NCBI RefSeq assembly: GCF_036321535.1
Contig: NC_087437.1
Location: 22,260,001-22,324,000 of the forward strand
Reading direction: 5' to 3'
DNA: 64,000 bases
Origin: Camelus dromedarius
Lineage: Eukaryota
A model generated the notes under the pieces. It had not been told where the DNA came from and searched no databases. It saw only the letters and a list, made by a program, of their open reading frames with translations. Shown here in pieces: positions 62,920 to 64,000 of this stretch. The position numbers and the translations under genes are program-made. Position 1 is the first letter of the stretch. Every line of letters begins with the position of its first letter.

Positions 62920-63190
62920 AAACTATTACATGTTACTGTAACAGTGGATACACGTCCTTACATATTTGTCAAAACCCATAGAATGTGCAACACAAAGAAT
63001 GGACCCCAAGGCAAACTATGGACTTTAATAATAATGTATCAATATTGGCTCATCAACTGTAACAAATGTACCATACTAACGCAAAATATTAAGAACAGAG
63101 GAAACTAAGTGCAGAGTGAGATGGAGTATCTGGGAACTCTGTACTTTCTGCTGAAAATTCTCTAAACCTAAAACTGCTCTAAAAAGTAAA
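62920..63190 (+). mobile_element. L1MC-like 3' end
   Basis: catatttgtcaaaacccatagaatgt...aactatggactt...aactgtaacaaatgtacca...gggaactctgtactttctg...taaacctaaaactgctctaaaaa. Confidence 0.8.
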
Positions 63191-64000
63191 GCGCAGTAAT
63201 ACAAAGTCGTTTATCATGTCTTTGGTTTCAAGATCTTCGATAATACTAACGTTTGTTTCACAGAACCATTCTGAACAGCCTGAAGTGACAACAGTGAGCC
63301 ACAAAGAAGTGATGAACTTCTGCCATCTTACAGGGGACACGAGTCGAGATGCCCCTGCTCACGTTCATACACCCCCTCCCTCCACCTCCGTGATTCAAGA
63401 CCCTACACAGTATTCAAAGCCCAGTTCCTGCCCTCCCGTATGTCAGAACACCCAGTTCTCCCCTGGGAAGTAATCTCATCCTTCTTGCTTGAACTTTCCC
63501 AGCTCCCACAGGTTGCAGGCAGGGCTTCTCTTGCTTCTATCACAGGTTAGTGTTAGCTGCTGGAGGATGTCTGGGTTGTGCTCCCCGATTAGCTTGACCC
63601 CCTCCCCCATCACCCTATCTGTCATGGAACCGAGGGACTGAGAGAACAGTGCCTGGATTTTTCCTCTCTGGTAATGCTGTTCTTGCCTGTCTGCAAGTGT
63701 GCATGTTTTGTGCTGGTTTATATTTTGCATCAACCCTGCTTGACCTCATTTGACCCATTTAAGGATCTTGTCAAAGAGCCCTGAAAATATACCCTTATTG
63801 CCTGTTGGGGGCCCCAGACTTTCCACTCAAGTTGACCTTTACATGTGGCACTTGCTCTAAAAAGGTCAGGAATGTTAAGAGTTGGCTTTCAAGAATTCAA
63901 CCATTTAGGAACAGGGAGTTTGTTTCTGAGCCTCAGTACAGCCATTGCTCCCTAATGCTCACAATAAATCCTAGCGTATAAGGGATGTTTCCTAGTTAGG

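Larger units (their letters stand above)
6617..64000 (-). other. SLC9A9: 3' part (>57 kb) of a giant U12-type (minor spliceosome) intron of SLC9A9
   Basis: Minus strand reads aggaTTCCTTAACaggcctcgcAG|exon. No upstream NHE9 coding exon was recognised in the rest of the window, so the 5' splice site is presumably beyond 64000. Confidence 0.8.

Noticed and set aside
227..63733. The many 60-180 aa ORFs of the six-frame track as genes
   Set aside because: Except 4956-5213 (SLC9A9), 1574-1792 (shifted RPL37 frame) and L1 ORF2 remnants at about 49400-49950, they show no recognisable homology, often begin at non-ATG codons, and overlap repeats or microsatellites. They are expected by chance in intronic DNA.

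Overview
Mammalian genomic DNA, not prokaryotic. The repeat content (cetartiodactyl-type L1 3' ends, MIR/L2/MLT/MER, no Alu, Bov-tA, PRE-1 or CHR-2 SINE seen) suggests a camelid-like artiodactyl, which is inference. The window holds the 3' end of SLC9A9 (endosomal Na+/H+ exchanger NHE9) on the minus strand. The penultimate coding exon is 6616-6511 ([18 protein letters not shown]...PQAYG), the last coding exon is 5183-4956 (...KENIYEGDLGLGGYELKLQQTPGQSQLN*), and a ~1.46 kb 3' UTR ends near AATAAA at 3512-3507. Everything from 6617 to 64000 appears to lie in one very large intron with a minor-spliceosome (U12-type) 3' end: TTCCTTAAC branch site 11 nt from the AG and no pyrimidine tract. Just upstream of this acceptor are a second U12-like acceptor and a chain of small U2-type candidate exons that could form an alternative or poison route. 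Downstream of the gene are an RPL37 processed pseudogene with TSDs and strongly AT-to-GC-biased decay, and a perfect 5-unit heat-shock element in a 24-bp palindrome. The intron also contains a dense GATA cluster, homeodomain-site-rich unique segments, a solo LTR with TATA box and splice donor, and many ancient repeats. Almost all ORFs in the supplied track look spurious. Gene identity and exon numbering are recognised from memory, repeat boundaries are approximate, and no database search was run.
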